Shown: in pieces, positions 16,151 to 27,161 of the stretch
Layout of the letters: each line of letters opens with the position of its first letter
Numbering within the stretch: the stretch's first letter is position 1
From: Myxococcota bacterium
Lineage (GTDB): Bacteria; Myxococcota_A; UBA9160; UBA6930
Assembly: GCA_036560185.1 (NCBI GenBank)
Contig: DATBRS010000135.1
Location: 3,583-67,582, forward strand
DNA length: 64,000 bases
Direction: 5' to 3'
The notes under the pieces: generated by a model
What the model was told of the DNA's origin: nothing
Seen by the model: the letters and a program-made list of their open reading frames with translations, nothing else
Databases searched by the model: none
Program-made: the position numbers and the translations under genes

Positions 16151-18487
16151 TCAAGGGGCGGCTGCGATGGGGGGCGCGAGCGTGCGCGTCTCGCCGACCG
16201 CGAGCGGCGCGATGTCGCGCCACGGCACGCCGAGCCGGTCCGCTTGGCGGCGCAGCTCGAGCGGCGCCTCGTCGGGCGGCTCGTCCGTCAGCTCGAAGGT
16301 CCCCCAGTGCATCGGGAAGAGCCGGCGCGCGCGCAGCTCGCGAAACGCGCGCAGCGCCTGCGCCGGATCCAGGTGCTGAAAATCCATGAACCAGCGCGGC
16401 TCGTAGGCGCCGATCGGGAGCAGCGCCGCGTCCAGCGGGCCGAAGCGGCGGCCGACTTCGGCGAAGCCGTGGAAGTAGCCGGTGTCGCCGGCGAAGAAGT
16501 AGCGGCGCGCGCCCGAGTCGATCAGCCACGCGCACCAGAGCGACTCGTTCGTGCGCTGCTCGATGCGCTTCGACCAGTGCTGCGAGGGCAGGCACGTGAT
16601 CGTGAAGCGCCCGCGCTGCGCGCTCTGCCACCAATCGAGCTCGACCACGTTCTCGCGCCCGCGCGCGCGAAACCAGTCGGCGAGGCCCAATGGAACGAAC
16701 CACGCAAAATCGGCGGGCAGCGCGCCGACGGTGAACGCGTCGAGGTGGTCGTAGTGGTTGTGCGAGACCAGCGCGAACGCTCGCGCAGGGACCGCGGCGA
16801 GCGGGACGCCCGGCGCGACGAGCCGCTTCGGGAGCAGCGCGCGCTCGCCGAAGTGCGGATCGGTGAGGAACACGTCCGCGCCATCGTGCACCGCGAAGCT
16901 CGCGTGCCCGATCCAGGTGATCTCCGCCGCGCCCGCCGGCAGCGCGCGCGCGAGCGAAGCGCCGTCGTTCGCGACGCGGGGAGCGGCGTTGCGCGGCATG
17001 TCGCCGTAGGGGTTGCGCGAGAACTGCCAGCGCAGGAGCGCGCCGAGGCTGCGCGCTTCGTCGCGCGCCCACGGCACGAAGTAGCCGTCCGCGCCGTGGT
17101 GGACCGCGTACAGCGACGCCGCGCTGGCCTGCGGCGCGGCCGGCGCCGCCGCTCCCGCGCGCGCATCGCCCTCGGCGCGCGCGCCGCCCGGTGGCGCGAG
17201 GCTCCCCAACAACACCAGCGCGAGCGCCGCCGCAATGCGGAAGCGCGCGAGCTGCGGGAGCTTGCGCGCGACCAGCGCGAGCACCGCGAGGCAGGCCGCT
17301 CCGCCGAACACGACCGAGAATGTCGCGCTCGTCAGCGCCGCGAGAAAGCCGGATTCCGCGGCGCCGAGCTCGTTCGACGCTCCCACGAAGATCGCGTTGA
17401 CCGCCGAGACGCGGCCGCGCAGCGCGTCGGGCGTGCCTAGCTGAATGATGGTCGAGCGCGCGACCATGCTGACCTCGTCGGCCATCCCCGCGGCGATCAG
17501 CGCGAGCACCGAGAGCGGGAACCAGCGCGAGAAGCCGAAGGCGATCGTGGCGACGCCGAACACGCCGACCGCGCCGAGCAGCGCGCGACCGGGCCGGGAC
17601 ATCGGCGGGCGGATCATCAGTACCGCGGACATCAGGAAGGTTCCGATCGTCATCGACGCGGTGAGCACGCCGTAGCCGATGCCCGAGGCGCCGAGCAGCT
17701 TCGCGTACACCGGCAGCAGCGCCGTCGCGCCCGCGAACAGCACCGCGAACAGGTCGAGCGTCATCGCGCCGAGCACGGATTTCTCGGCGCGCACGAACGC
17801 GATGCCCTCGCGGATCGCGCGCAGGCTCACCTCGCGGCGCTCGCCGGGCGCGGCCGACCGAGGCAGGGTTGTTACGGCGAGGGCGCTGAGCGCGACGATC
17901 GCGCCAGCGGCGGCGAAGGTGCCCGAGACGCCGAGCCACTGCAGACCCGCGCCGCCGAGCAGCGGCCCCAGCGTCCAGCCGAGATTGCGCGAGGTCGCGA
18001 CCAGCGAGACCGCACTGGGAAAGATCGCGCGCGGAACCAGGCTCGGCAGGATCGTCGCCACGGCGGGAAACTCGAAGGCGCTGCACACCGCCGAGGCGAA
18101 CGCGCACACGAGCAACACGGCGAGGCCCGCCTCCGAGCCGAGCGCGAGCGCGAAGGCGGCGAGCGCGAAGCCGAGCTGCGAGAGGGCGGCGACGCGCACG
18201 CGGTCGGTCGCGTCGACCAGCGCGCCCGCCACGAGCCCGAGTGGGATGACGGGCAGGAACTCGACCAGCCCGAGCCAGCCGAGCGACGACGCATCGCCGC
18301 CGACTTCGTAGACGTGCCAGCGCAGCGCCGTCACCAGCGCGGTGCCGCCCGCCGCGCGCGCGAAGCGGGCGAGTGCCAGCGCCTTCACGCCGGGGCAGGC
18401 GAGGGCTTGCAGCGTGGGATGCGTGGGCACGGGGCGCGCAGAGTACCGGCGCTCGCACGGCTCGCGCGTGCGCAACGAAACGCGCAT
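16151..18487 (-). CDS. In-frame fusion: MFS transporter (EntS/MFS_3-like, 12 TM), extra signal-peptide-like helix, and MBL-fold hydrolase (NAPE-PLD/Lactamase_B_2-like)
   Basis: Track ORF 16151-18664 has no stop between the two parts. The MFS part runs to about 17265. The junction reads KLPQLARFRIAAALALVLLGSLAPPGGARAEG. The MBL part carries ITWIGHASF and LVSHNHYDHLD. The start is ambiguous (ATG 18520 or 18487, or GTG 18388). Confidence 0.75.
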   Translation of the reverse strand: MRVSLRTREPCERRYSARPVPTHPTLQALACPGVKALALARFARAAGGTALVTALRWHVYEVGGDASSLGWLGLVEFLPVIPLGLVAGALVDATDRVRVAALSQLGFALAAFALALGSEAGLAVLLVCAFASAVCSAFEFPAVATILPSLVPRAIFPSAVSLVATSRNLGWTLGPLLGGAGLQWLGVSGTFAAAGAIVALSALAVTTLPRSAAPGERREVSLRAIREGIAFVRAEKSVLGAMTLDLFAVLFAGATALLPVYAKLLGASGIGYGVLTASMTIGTFLMSAVLMIRPPMSRPGRALLGAVGVFGVATIAFGFSRWFPLSVLALIAAGMADEVSMVARSTIIQLGTPDALRGRVSAVNAIFVGASNELGAAESGFLAALTSATFSVVFGGAACLAVLALVARKLPQLARFRIAAALALVLLGSLAPPGGARAEGDARAGAAAPAAPQASAASLYAVHHGADGYFVPWARDEARSLGALLRWQFSRNPYGDMPRNAAPRVANDGASLARALPAGAAEITWIGHASFAVHDGADVFLTDPHFGERALLPKRLVAPGVPLAAVPARAFALVSHNHYDHLDAFTVGALPADFAWFVPLGLADWFRARGRENVVELDWWQSAQRGRFTITCLPSQHWSKRIEQRTNESLWCAWLIDSGARRYFFAGDTGYFHGFAEVGRRFGPLDAALLPIGAYEPRWFMDFQHLDPAQALRAFRELRARRLFPMHWGTFELTDEPPDEAPLELRRQADRLGVPWRDIAPLAVGETRTLAPPIAAAP

Positions 18488-18518
18488 GCGCAGCGCGCGT
18501 CTTGCCGAAAGCTCGTTC

Positions 18519-19913
18519 ATGCTCCGGGCGCTCTCGCGGGAAATCGACGCAACGCTGCAGTTCGTGGACGTGGTGGCCAGCGCCGCGCTGTTCGTCCTGA
18601 TCGTGCGAACGCCCGGCCTCGGCGTCGCCGCCTCCGGGCTCTCGCTGCTCCCGCTCGGCCTCACCGCCGCGCTGGCGTGGCCGATCGCGCTGCGCGCGCT
18701 CGACCTCTACGACTCGCGGCGGCGCGACTCGGTCGCGGAGATCTCCACCTCGCTCGCACTCGCGGCGCTGTTCTCGGGCTTCGCGCAGGCGGCCGTCGCG
18801 TTCGCGCTCGACGCGCCGGCCCCCGCGTCGTTCCCGTTCGTGGTCGCGTGCGGCCAGCTCGCGGTGCTCGGCGGGCTGCGCATCGTCTTCCTCGGCGCCG
18901 CCCGCCTGCTCCGCCGCGCGGGCCACAACACCCGCAACGTGCTGATCGCAGGCTCCGGGCCGCGCGCCGCCTACGTCGAAGACGTGATCGCGAGTCACGC
19001 CGAGTGGGGCCTGCACGTTGTCGCGTTCATCGACGGCAGCCTGCCCAAGCGCGGCCCGGCGGTTCAGGCCACGCGCGTGCTGCCGCTCGCCGCGATCGAA
19101 GAGGTGCTCGCCGATCAGGTGATCGACGAGGTGATCGTCGCGGTGCCGCGCTCGAAGCTCGAAGAGGTGGTCGTGGTCGTCGACGCCGCGACCCGCGCGG
19201 GCGTGCCGATCACGCTGCTCTCGGACGTGTTCGGCGATCTCTTGCCCGCCCCGCGCGTGAAGCGCTTCGGCGCGCTGCCCGCGCTCTCGTTCGCCCCGGT
19301 GCACCATCCGCCCGCGTGGCTCGCGCTGAAGCGCGCAGTCGACGTGCTCGGCGCGGGCGCGCTGCTGGTGCTCGCGGCGCCGCTCATCGCCGCCGCCGCG
19401 CTCGCCATCAAGGCGACGTCGCGCGGCCCGGTGTTCTTCCACCAGGTGCGCTGCTCGCTGAACGGCCGCGTGTTCCGCATGCCGAAGCTGCGCACGATGG
19501 ACGTGGATGCCGAGCAGCGGCAGGCCGAGCTGGCGGCGCACAACGAGATGGACGGCCCCGTCTTCAAGATCAAGCGCGACCCGCGCGTGACGCCCATCGG
19601 CCGCTTCCTGCGCCGCTACAGCCTCGACGAGCTGCCGCAGCTGTGGAGCGTGTTCCGCGGCGACATGAGCCTGGTCGGGCCGCGCCCGGCGATTCCCAGC
19701 GAGGTCGCGGCCTATCGCACCGCCGAGCGCCGCCGGCTCTCGATGCGCCCGGGTCTCACCTGCCTGTGGCAGGTGAGCGGCCGTAACAAGATCGGCTTCG
19801 ACGACTGGGTCCGCCTCGATCTCGAGTACATCGACACTTGGTCCCTCCCGCGCGACTTCCTGATCCTGCTGCGGACGCTGCCGGCGGTTTTGCGCGGCGA
19901 CGGCGCGAGCTGA
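18519..19913 (+). CDS. Exopolysaccharide polyprenyl glycosylphosphotransferase (WbaP/EpsZ-type priming sugar transferase)
   Basis: In the frame of track ORF 18342-19913. C-terminal catalytic blocks KRAVDVLGAGALLVL, GPVFFHQVRCSLNGRVFRMPKLRTM, GPVFKIKRDPRVTPIGRFLRRYSLDELPQL and GDMSLVGPRP. The alternative start is ATG 18486. Confidence 0.88.
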   Translation: MLRALSREIDATLQFVDVVASAALFVLIVRTPGLGVAASGLSLLPLGLTAALAWPIALRALDLYDSRRRDSVAEISTSLALAALFSGFAQAAVAFALDAPAPASFPFVVACGQLAVLGGLRIVFLGAARLLRRAGHNTRNVLIAGSGPRAAYVEDVIASHAEWGLHVVAFIDGSLPKRGPAVQATRVLPLAAIEEVLADQVIDEVIVAVPRSKLEEVVVVVDAATRAGVPITLLSDVFGDLLPAPRVKRFGALPALSFAPVHHPPAWLALKRAVDVLGAGALLVLAAPLIAAAALAIKATSRGPVFFHQVRCSLNGRVFRMPKLRTMDVDAEQRQAELAAHNEMDGPVFKIKRDPRVTPIGRFLRRYSLDELPQLWSVFRGDMSLVGPRPAIPSEVAAYRTAERRRLSMRPGLTCLWQVSGRNKIGFDDWVRLDLEYIDTWSLPRDFLILLRTLPAVLRGDGAS

Positions 19914-19922
19914 CCGCGATCG

Positions 19923-21089
19923 ATGGCATCTCCCGCTAAACCTCCGCGCATGCACCGACCACGCCGCCGCTACGACCTGCGCAGTGAAGAGCTGAACGCC
20001 CAAATCGACGCGCTCGTCGCTTCCGCGCGCGGCGAGTTCGGCCCGCGCGACGACGCGAGCGCAGAGTACGCGCGCCAGATGATCGTCACCGCGCTGCGCT
20101 TCCTGCGCGACGACCCGTCGGACGGCGATTTCAAGCTCGTGAACGCCGCGATCAAGGAGCTGCGCCACGCGCTGCGCGTGTTCGCGCCCTACGAGGCGGT
20201 GCGCAAGGTCTCCGCGTTCGGCAGCGCACGCACGCAGCCCGGCACGCCCGACTGGCTGCAGGCCGAGCGCTTCGCCGAAGCGATGGTGCGCAGCGGCTGG
20301 ATGGTGATCACGGGCGCGGGGGGCGGAATCATGCAGGCCGCCCAGGGCGGCGCCGGACGCGAAGCCTCGTTCGGCGTGAACATCCGCTTGCCGTTCGAGC
20401 AGCAGGCGAACGAGGTGATCGCCGGCGACGCGAAGCTCGTCAACTTCCGATACTTCTTCACGCGCAAGGTCAGCTTCGTGCGGCACTCCCACGCGATCGC
20501 GCTGTTCCCAGGCGGCTTCGGCACCCACGACGAGGGCTTCGAAGCACTCACGCTGATCCAGACCGGCAAGAGCGAGATGCTGCCGGTCGTGTTCGTCGAC
20601 GCGCCCGGTGGTGATTATTGGAAGGACTGGCAGAGCTACGTCGAGGAGCACCTGCTCGGGCGGCGGCTGATCTCGCCCGACGACATGGCGCTCTTCCGCG
20701 TCACCGACTCGGTGGACGAAGCCGTGGCCGAGATCACGCGCTTCTATCGCAACTACCACTCGAGCCGGTACGTCGGCGATCGCCTGGTACTGCGCGTGCA
20801 CGAGGCGCCGAGCGCGAGCGCGCTGGCCGCGCTCTCCGCGGAGTTCGCGGGCGTGCTGGTGGGCGGCGCGATCGAGGCGAGTGGACCGCTGCCCGAAGAG
20901 GCGGGCGACGCGCCCGGCCTCGCGCGTCTCGTGTTGCGCTTCGACCGCCGCAGCACGGGCCGCCTGCGGCGGCTGATCGATCGCATCAACGAGATCACTC
21001 CGCGCGCGGACGCCGCGGCGCGCGCCGCGGCGCATCAGATCGTGGAGGCCGACCTGCCCGAATCCGCGGAGCGCGAAGAGGCGGAGTGA
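19923..21089 (+). CDS. LOG/TIGR00730 family protein with N- and C-terminal extensions (PpnN-like nucleotide 5'-monophosphate nucleosidase candidate)
   Basis: Track ORF (388 aa). [21 protein letters not shown] and [16 protein letters not shown] (PGGxGTxxE) are LOG motifs. Confidence 0.8.
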   Translation: MASPAKPPRMHRPRRRYDLRSEELNAQIDALVASARGEFGPRDDASAEYARQMIVTALRFLRDDPSDGDFKLVNAAIKELRHALRVFAPYEAVRKVSAFGSARTQPGTPDWLQAERFAEAMVRSGWMVITGAGGGIMQAAQGGAGREASFGVNIRLPFEQQANEVIAGDAKLVNFRYFFTRKVSFVRHSHAIALFPGGFGTHDEGFEALTLIQTGKSEMLPVVFVDAPGGDYWKDWQSYVEEHLLGRRLISPDDMALFRVTDSVDEAVAEITRFYRNYHSSRYVGDRLVLRVHEAPSASALAALSAEFAGVLVGGAIEASGPLPEEAGDAPGLARLVLRFDRRSTGRLRRLIDRINEITPRADAAARAAAHQIVEADLPESAEREEAE

Positions 21090-21121
21090 GGCTCGGGCAC
21101 GGCGAGAGGGAGCACCGCAGC

Positions 21122-21601
21122 ATGCCTGCAATCCGAGTGGAGCGGCTGACCGCCGAGACCGACGGCGAATTCGTCGTCTTCCTGATCGGCATGCGCATCA
21201 ACAAGCTCTGGAAGCTCCATCGCTGGCTGCCGGTCGGGCTGGCGATGGGGCGTATGCTGCGGGAAGTGCAGGCCGATCGCGCGTCGGGCTTCCTCGGCAT
21301 GGAGAGCTGGGCTGGCCGCACGATCGTGCTGGTGCAGTACTGGCGTTCGTTCGAACACCTCGAGCGCTACGCGCTCGACAAGGCGCAGCAGCACTTGCCG
21401 GCGTGGAGCGCGTTCAACCGCGCGATCGGCTCGAACGGCGACGTCGGCATCTGGCACGAGACGTATCGCGTGCGGCCGGGCGACTACGAGTGCGTCTACA
21501 ACAACATGCCGCTGTTCGGCCTCGCGCGAGCGACGCGCGCGGTGCCGGCGACGGGTCGCAGGGAGTTCGCGCCCGGGCGCATGGCTGCTCCTCGCGGCTG
21601 A
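21122..21601 (+). CDS. DUF4188 domain protein
   Basis: ATG 21122 lies inside track ORF 20618-21601. [40 protein letters not shown] and NNMPLFGLA match the DUF4188 pattern. Confidence 0.7.
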   Translation: MPAIRVERLTAETDGEFVVFLIGMRINKLWKLHRWLPVGLAMGRMLREVQADRASGFLGMESWAGRTIVLVQYWRSFEHLERYALDKAQQHLPAWSAFNRAIGSNGDVGIWHETYRVRPGDYECVYNNMPLFGLARATRAVPATGRREFAPGRMAAPRG

Positions 21602-21645
21602 GCGGCGCCAGCGCATCGCGCGAAAATTCCTAGCCTCCCGCGCCC

Positions 21646-22458
21646 ATGCAGACCCAGCCCGCCCTCGATCTCTCGCGCGTGTTCCAGCTCGAGCCCCACG
21701 GCCCGGACACCTACGTCGCCGAGAGCCCGCACTATCCGTGGGGCCGCATCTACGGCGGCCTCGTGATCGCCCAGGCGTTATGGGCGGCGACGCAGACCGT
21801 GGGCGTGGAGCACAGCGTCCACTCGCTGCACGCGTACTTCATCCTGGGCGGCGAGTTCGCGGAGCCCGTGCGCTACGAGGTCGACCGCGTGCGCAACGGG
21901 CGCTCGTTCACCACGCGCCGCGTGGTCGCGCGCCAGAGCGCCGGCGCGATCCTCACGCTCGAGTGCTCGTTCCAGCGCTACGAGGAGGGTGCCGAGTCGC
22001 AGTCGTTCGCGATGCCGAGCGGTGTGCCCGGCCCCGACGCGCTGCCGGTGGTCTACGACGCGGGCCTCGATCGTCGCGAGGTGCCGCAGCCGAAGGAACG
22101 CCCACGCTCGCTGGTGTGGGGACGCTTCCCGTTGCCGCTCGGCAGCGACGCGCGCCTGCACTACTGCGCGCTCGCCTACCTGAGCGACATGAACATGATG
22201 GACGCTGTCGCGAGCTCACGTGCCGGCGGCGCGCAGCCGGACGGCGGACCCGGCGGATCGGATTGGATGGGCGCGAGCCTCGATCACGCGATGTGGTTTC
22301 ACCGCCCGGTGCGCGCCGACGACTGGCTGCTCATGGACACGACGGGCCACGGCTTGATCCGCACGCGCGGCCTCGCGACCGGTCAAGTCTTCGATCGCAG
22401 CGGAGTGCACGTGGCGACGATCGCGCAAGAAGGATTGCTACGGGCCAAGAAGACTTGA
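21646..22458 (+). CDS. tesB: Acyl-CoA thioesterase II
   Basis: Track ORF (270 aa). GRIYGGLVIAQALWAA, SLHAYFILGG, VDRVRNGRSFTTRRV and MWFHRP are TesB double-hotdog blocks. Confidence 0.85.
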   Translation: MQTQPALDLSRVFQLEPHGPDTYVAESPHYPWGRIYGGLVIAQALWAATQTVGVEHSVHSLHAYFILGGEFAEPVRYEVDRVRNGRSFTTRRVVARQSAGAILTLECSFQRYEEGAESQSFAMPSGVPGPDALPVVYDAGLDRREVPQPKERPRSLVWGRFPLPLGSDARLHYCALAYLSDMNMMDAVASSRAGGAQPDGGPGGSDWMGASLDHAMWFHRPVRADDWLLMDTTGHGLIRTRGLATGQVFDRSGVHVATIAQEGLLRAKKT

Positions 22459-22465
22459 GAGCGCC

Positions 22466-23341
22466 TCACTCGGTGTTCTTGTCCCGCTCCGCATACCACT
22501 TCAGCAGCTGCCGATCGTGGCGCGTCTGCGCGCTGCGGAGGCTCGGCTTCCATGCCGGCCAGCGCGGGTCGTTGCCCTTCGGCTGATCGCCCATCACGGT
22601 GACGCGCTGGATGATGCGCTCGCCGGTGAAGTCGGCGACCACGAAGTGCTGCGTGCAGCGGTTGTCCCACATCCCGATCGTGCCCTCGCTCCAGCGGTAG
22701 CGGACCGTGAAGCGCTCCTGGTGCACCCAGCGCGTGAGGAAGCCGAGCAGCGCCTCGCTCTCCGGCGCCGACAGCTCGACGATGCGGCGCGTGAAGTGCT
22801 CGTTGACGTAGAGCGCGCGCTTGCCGGTGTCCGGGTGGACGCGCACGACGGGGTGCACGGTCATCAGCTCGGGCTTGCCGTGGGGCAGCGCGTCGTGCAG
22901 CGCGCTCAGGCCGTCGCACAGCTCGCGCAGCGGGGGCGAGAGCGCGTCGTAGGCGGCGCACAGGTTCGTCCACAGCGTGTCGCCGCCAACCGGCGGGCAC
23001 TTCACCATGCGCAGGATCGACATCTGCGACGGCGAGGGCAGGAAGGTGAGATCGGTGTGCCACTCGTCCGCGATGCCGCCCTGCGTCGCCGCGAGCTCGA
23101 ACAGCTCGGGATGCTGCGTGAACGGGTTCTTCAGATTGGGGTGCGCCTCGAGCGGCCCGAAGTGCCGCCCCAGCGCGACGTGCTGCTCGACGCTGAGCTG
23201 CTGCCCCGGGAAGAACAGCACGCCGTGCTCGAGCAGCAGCGCGCGGATGCGGTCGGCATCGGACGCAGCCGCATGCGCGAGATCGATGCCGCGCACCTCC
23301 GCGCCGAGCGCGCCCGCGAGGCGCGTGACTTCGAGGCTCAT
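22466..23341 (-). CDS. TauD/TfdA family Fe(II)/2-oxoglutarate dioxygenase
   Basis: ATG 23341 (alternative 23359) inside track ORF 22466-23419. GAEVRGIDL, WHTDLTF (HxD), GGDTLW and MWDNRCTQHF. Confidence 0.88.
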   Translation of the reverse strand: MSLEVTRLAGALGAEVRGIDLAHAAASDADRIRALLLEHGVLFFPGQQLSVEQHVALGRHFGPLEAHPNLKNPFTQHPELFELAATQGGIADEWHTDLTFLPSPSQMSILRMVKCPPVGGDTLWTNLCAAYDALSPPLRELCDGLSALHDALPHGKPELMTVHPVVRVHPDTGKRALYVNEHFTRRIVELSAPESEALLGFLTRWVHQERFTVRYRWSEGTIGMWDNRCTQHFVVADFTGERIIQRVTVMGDQPKGNDPRWPAWKPSLRSAQTRHDRQLLKWYAERDKNTE

Positions 23342-23359
23342 CGCAGGTCTCCCATTCAT

Positions 23360-23433
23360 GTTCACGAAAGGCCGGGGACGTTCGTTCACATTCGGACGCG
23401 CCGTCCGCGCGTGAACCAACGTCCCTGGTTCAC
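23360..23433. promoter_or_regulatory. Copy of the GTGAAC-N17-CGTGAAC unit upstream of the tauD-like gene, plus palindrome GTGAACCA-N7-TGGTTCAC
   Basis: The minus strand 23389-23360 reads GTGAACGAACGTCCCCGGCCTTTCGTGAAC. The plus strand 23411-23433 reads GTGAACCAACGTCCCTGGTTCAC and overlaps the amidase stop codon at 23430-23432. Confidence 0.45.
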
Positions 23434-24845
23434 GCGCGCCGGCCGAACCACGGGCGCGCGCGCTCGAGCTGCGCGGCGAGGCGGAAGAGCGTCGCCTCGT
23501 CGTCGTGGCGGCCGATGAACTGCACGCCGATCGGCAGCCCCGCTGCGTTCCAGTGCAGCGGCACGCTCATCGCGGGCGTGCCGGCGGTGTTGGCGAGCTG
23601 CGTGTAGCCGGTCGCCTCCATCAGCACGCGCGTTTGCGCCTGCAGATCCGGCGCCGAGAGCGAGAGCACGCCGAGCTTCGGCGGCGGCGTGCCCATCGTC
23701 GGCGAGAGCAGCGCGTCGTACTGCGTGAGGAAGCGCGCGAGCTCGCGGCCGGTGCGGTGCAGCACCTTGATCGCGTCCGCGTAGGCGACGGCATCCATGC
23801 CCTTCGCGAGCGCGCCGACGAGCCACGTGCCGGGCTCCACGTCATCCGGCTTCGGCTCGCGCCCCTGCTTACGCGCGCCGGCCTCGATCGCCCAGCGGAT
23901 GTTCGCGGCGATCACCGTCAGCCCCGCCTTGCGCAGCTGCTCGATGCTGCTCGGCGCGAAGCGCGCGCGCTCGACGTGGTGCCCGAGCGACTCGCACAGC
24001 TTCGCGGCGTCCTCGGCGGCGGCGCGGCAATCGGGATGCGTGGCCGCCTCGTTCCAGGTCTCGGTGTCGAGCGCGATGCGCAGGCGTCCCGGGTGCGCGC
24101 CCACCTCCGCGAGCCACGGGCGCAGCGGCGGCTGCGCGGCGTAGGGCGCGCCGAGATCCGGGCCCGCGGTCGCGTCGAGCAGCGCCGCGCTGTCGCGCAC
24201 ACTCCTTGTTACGGCGTGCACGCAGCTCATGCCGCTCCAGCCTTCGCCCGAGTCGGGGCCGAGCGGCGTGCGGCCGCGCGTCGGTTTCATGCCGAACAGG
24301 CCGCAGCAGCTCGCGGGGATGCGGATCGAGCCGCCGCCGTCGCTCGCGTTCGCGAGCGGCACGATTCCCGCGGCGACCGCCGCCGACGCGCCGCCCGACG
24401 ATCCCCCCGACGTGTGCTCGAGGTTCCACGGATTCCTCGTCTGTCCGAACAGACGCGACTCCGTCGTGCAGGTGAGTCCGAACTCCGGCGACGCGCTCTT
24501 GCCGAACACCACGAGCCCCGCGCGCCGATAGCGCGCGACCAGCTCGCTCTCGTTCGCGGGCACGTTCTCCGCGTAGAGCGAGGAGCCGTTCGTGGTGCGG
24601 ACGCCGGCGACGTTCAGGTGCAGGTCCTTCAGTAGGAACGGCACGCCCTCGAACGGCCCCTTCGGCACGTCCGCCTTGGCCGCGCCGCGCGCCTGCTCGA
24701 GCATCGGAATCACGACCGCGTTGATGGCGGGATTGCGCTCCTCGCAGCGCGAGATCGCCACCTCCAGCAGCTCGCTCGGCGAGACCGCGCGCTTCTTTAC
24801 CAGCGCAGCGAGCCCGAGTCCGTCGTAGTGCTCGTAGTCCTTCAT
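23430..24845 (-). CDS. Amidase (amidase-signature family)
   Basis: ATG 24845 inside track ORF 23430-24974. MKDYEHYDGLGLAALV..., GVPFLLKDL and HTSGGSSGGASAAVAAG..SDGGGSIRIPAS signature. Confidence 0.9.
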   Translation of the reverse strand: MKDYEHYDGLGLAALVKKRAVSPSELLEVAISRCEERNPAINAVVIPMLEQARGAAKADVPKGPFEGVPFLLKDLHLNVAGVRTTNGSSLYAENVPANESELVARYRRAGLVVFGKSASPEFGLTCTTESRLFGQTRNPWNLEHTSGGSSGGASAAVAAGIVPLANASDGGGSIRIPASCCGLFGMKPTRGRTPLGPDSGEGWSGMSCVHAVTRSVRDSAALLDATAGPDLGAPYAAQPPLRPWLAEVGAHPGRLRIALDTETWNEAATHPDCRAAAEDAAKLCESLGHHVERARFAPSSIEQLRKAGLTVIAANIRWAIEAGARKQGREPKPDDVEPGTWLVGALAKGMDAVAYADAIKVLHRTGRELARFLTQYDALLSPTMGTPPPKLGVLSLSAPDLQAQTRVLMEATGYTQLANTAGTPAMSVPLHWNAAGLPIGVQFIGRHDDEATLFRLAAQLERARPWFGRRA

Positions 24846-25011
24846 CGCGGCGTGCCCTCCCGAGGCGCGGCGAGCATACGTCGGGCGCCGCCCGCGTTGG
24901 CTAGCGATCGCTTCTGAGGCACGATGCCTGCGAGTCGGGGCTCCGCGTCCCGGCTGGCTCGGCTCGCCCCGCAAGCTCGGCGCGCTCGGAAGCGCCGGTC
25001 AGGAGCACACC

Positions 25012-26703
<1,692 letters not shown>

Positions 26704-26717
26704 CGGCTGCGCAGCGC

Positions 26718-27149
26718 ATGCGCTGGGTGACCCGCAAGCACATCCGCGTCAATCGCACGGCGACGGCCTGGCTCGTACGCCGCTTCGTGGATCCCGCCGC
26801 GGAGTTCGTGTTCGTCGATCCGGAGGCGGTGGCGCGAATCGAGCGCGACGAGGGCGCGATCGGCTTCGATGCGCCGGGCGCGCGCTTCTCGAACGCGGGC
26901 GGGCTCACCTCGTTCGAGCAAGTCCTCGCGGCGTACGGCCTCGGCGATCCCGTGCTCGCCGAGCTCGCGCGCATCGTCCATGCGGCCGACATCGCGGGCC
27001 AGGAGGCGAGCGCTGCGGAGGCGCCCGGCTTGAAGCTTCTCTCGCGCGGCTTCCCGCTCGTCGCGCGCGACGACCACGAGACGGTCGACAAGGCCGCGTT
27101 CCTCTACGACGCGCTCTATGCCGCGCTCGCGGAGCGTGTGCGGGGCTGA
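26718..27149 (+). CDS. ChrB C-terminal-domain (chromate resistance) family protein
   Basis: ATG 26718, 14 nt after the upstream stop. MRWVTRKHIRVNRTATAWLVRRFVDPAAEFVFV matches the family N-terminus. 143 aa. Confidence 0.6.
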   Translation: MRWVTRKHIRVNRTATAWLVRRFVDPAAEFVFVDPEAVARIERDEGAIGFDAPGARFSNAGGLTSFEQVLAAYGLGDPVLAELARIVHAADIAGQEASAAEAPGLKLLSRGFPLVARDDHETVDKAAFLYDALYAALAERVRG

Positions 27150-27161
27150 CGGCGCCGCACT

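Noticed and set aside
18485-18521. Back-to-back CATG tetranucleotides giving overlapping divergent start candidates (18487/18486 and 18520/18519)
   Set aside because: This is a trivial consequence of CATG being self-complementary. It only makes the two start calls ambiguous and has no further significance.
16131-21131. 1666-aa minus-strand ORF, the longest in the track
   Set aside because: Its translation is Arg/Ala/Gly/Pro-rich low complexity. It runs out of frame or antisense through four confidently recognised genes (MFS-MBL, glycosylphosphotransferase, LOG, DUF4188). It is a stop-codon-depletion artefact of very GC-rich DNA.
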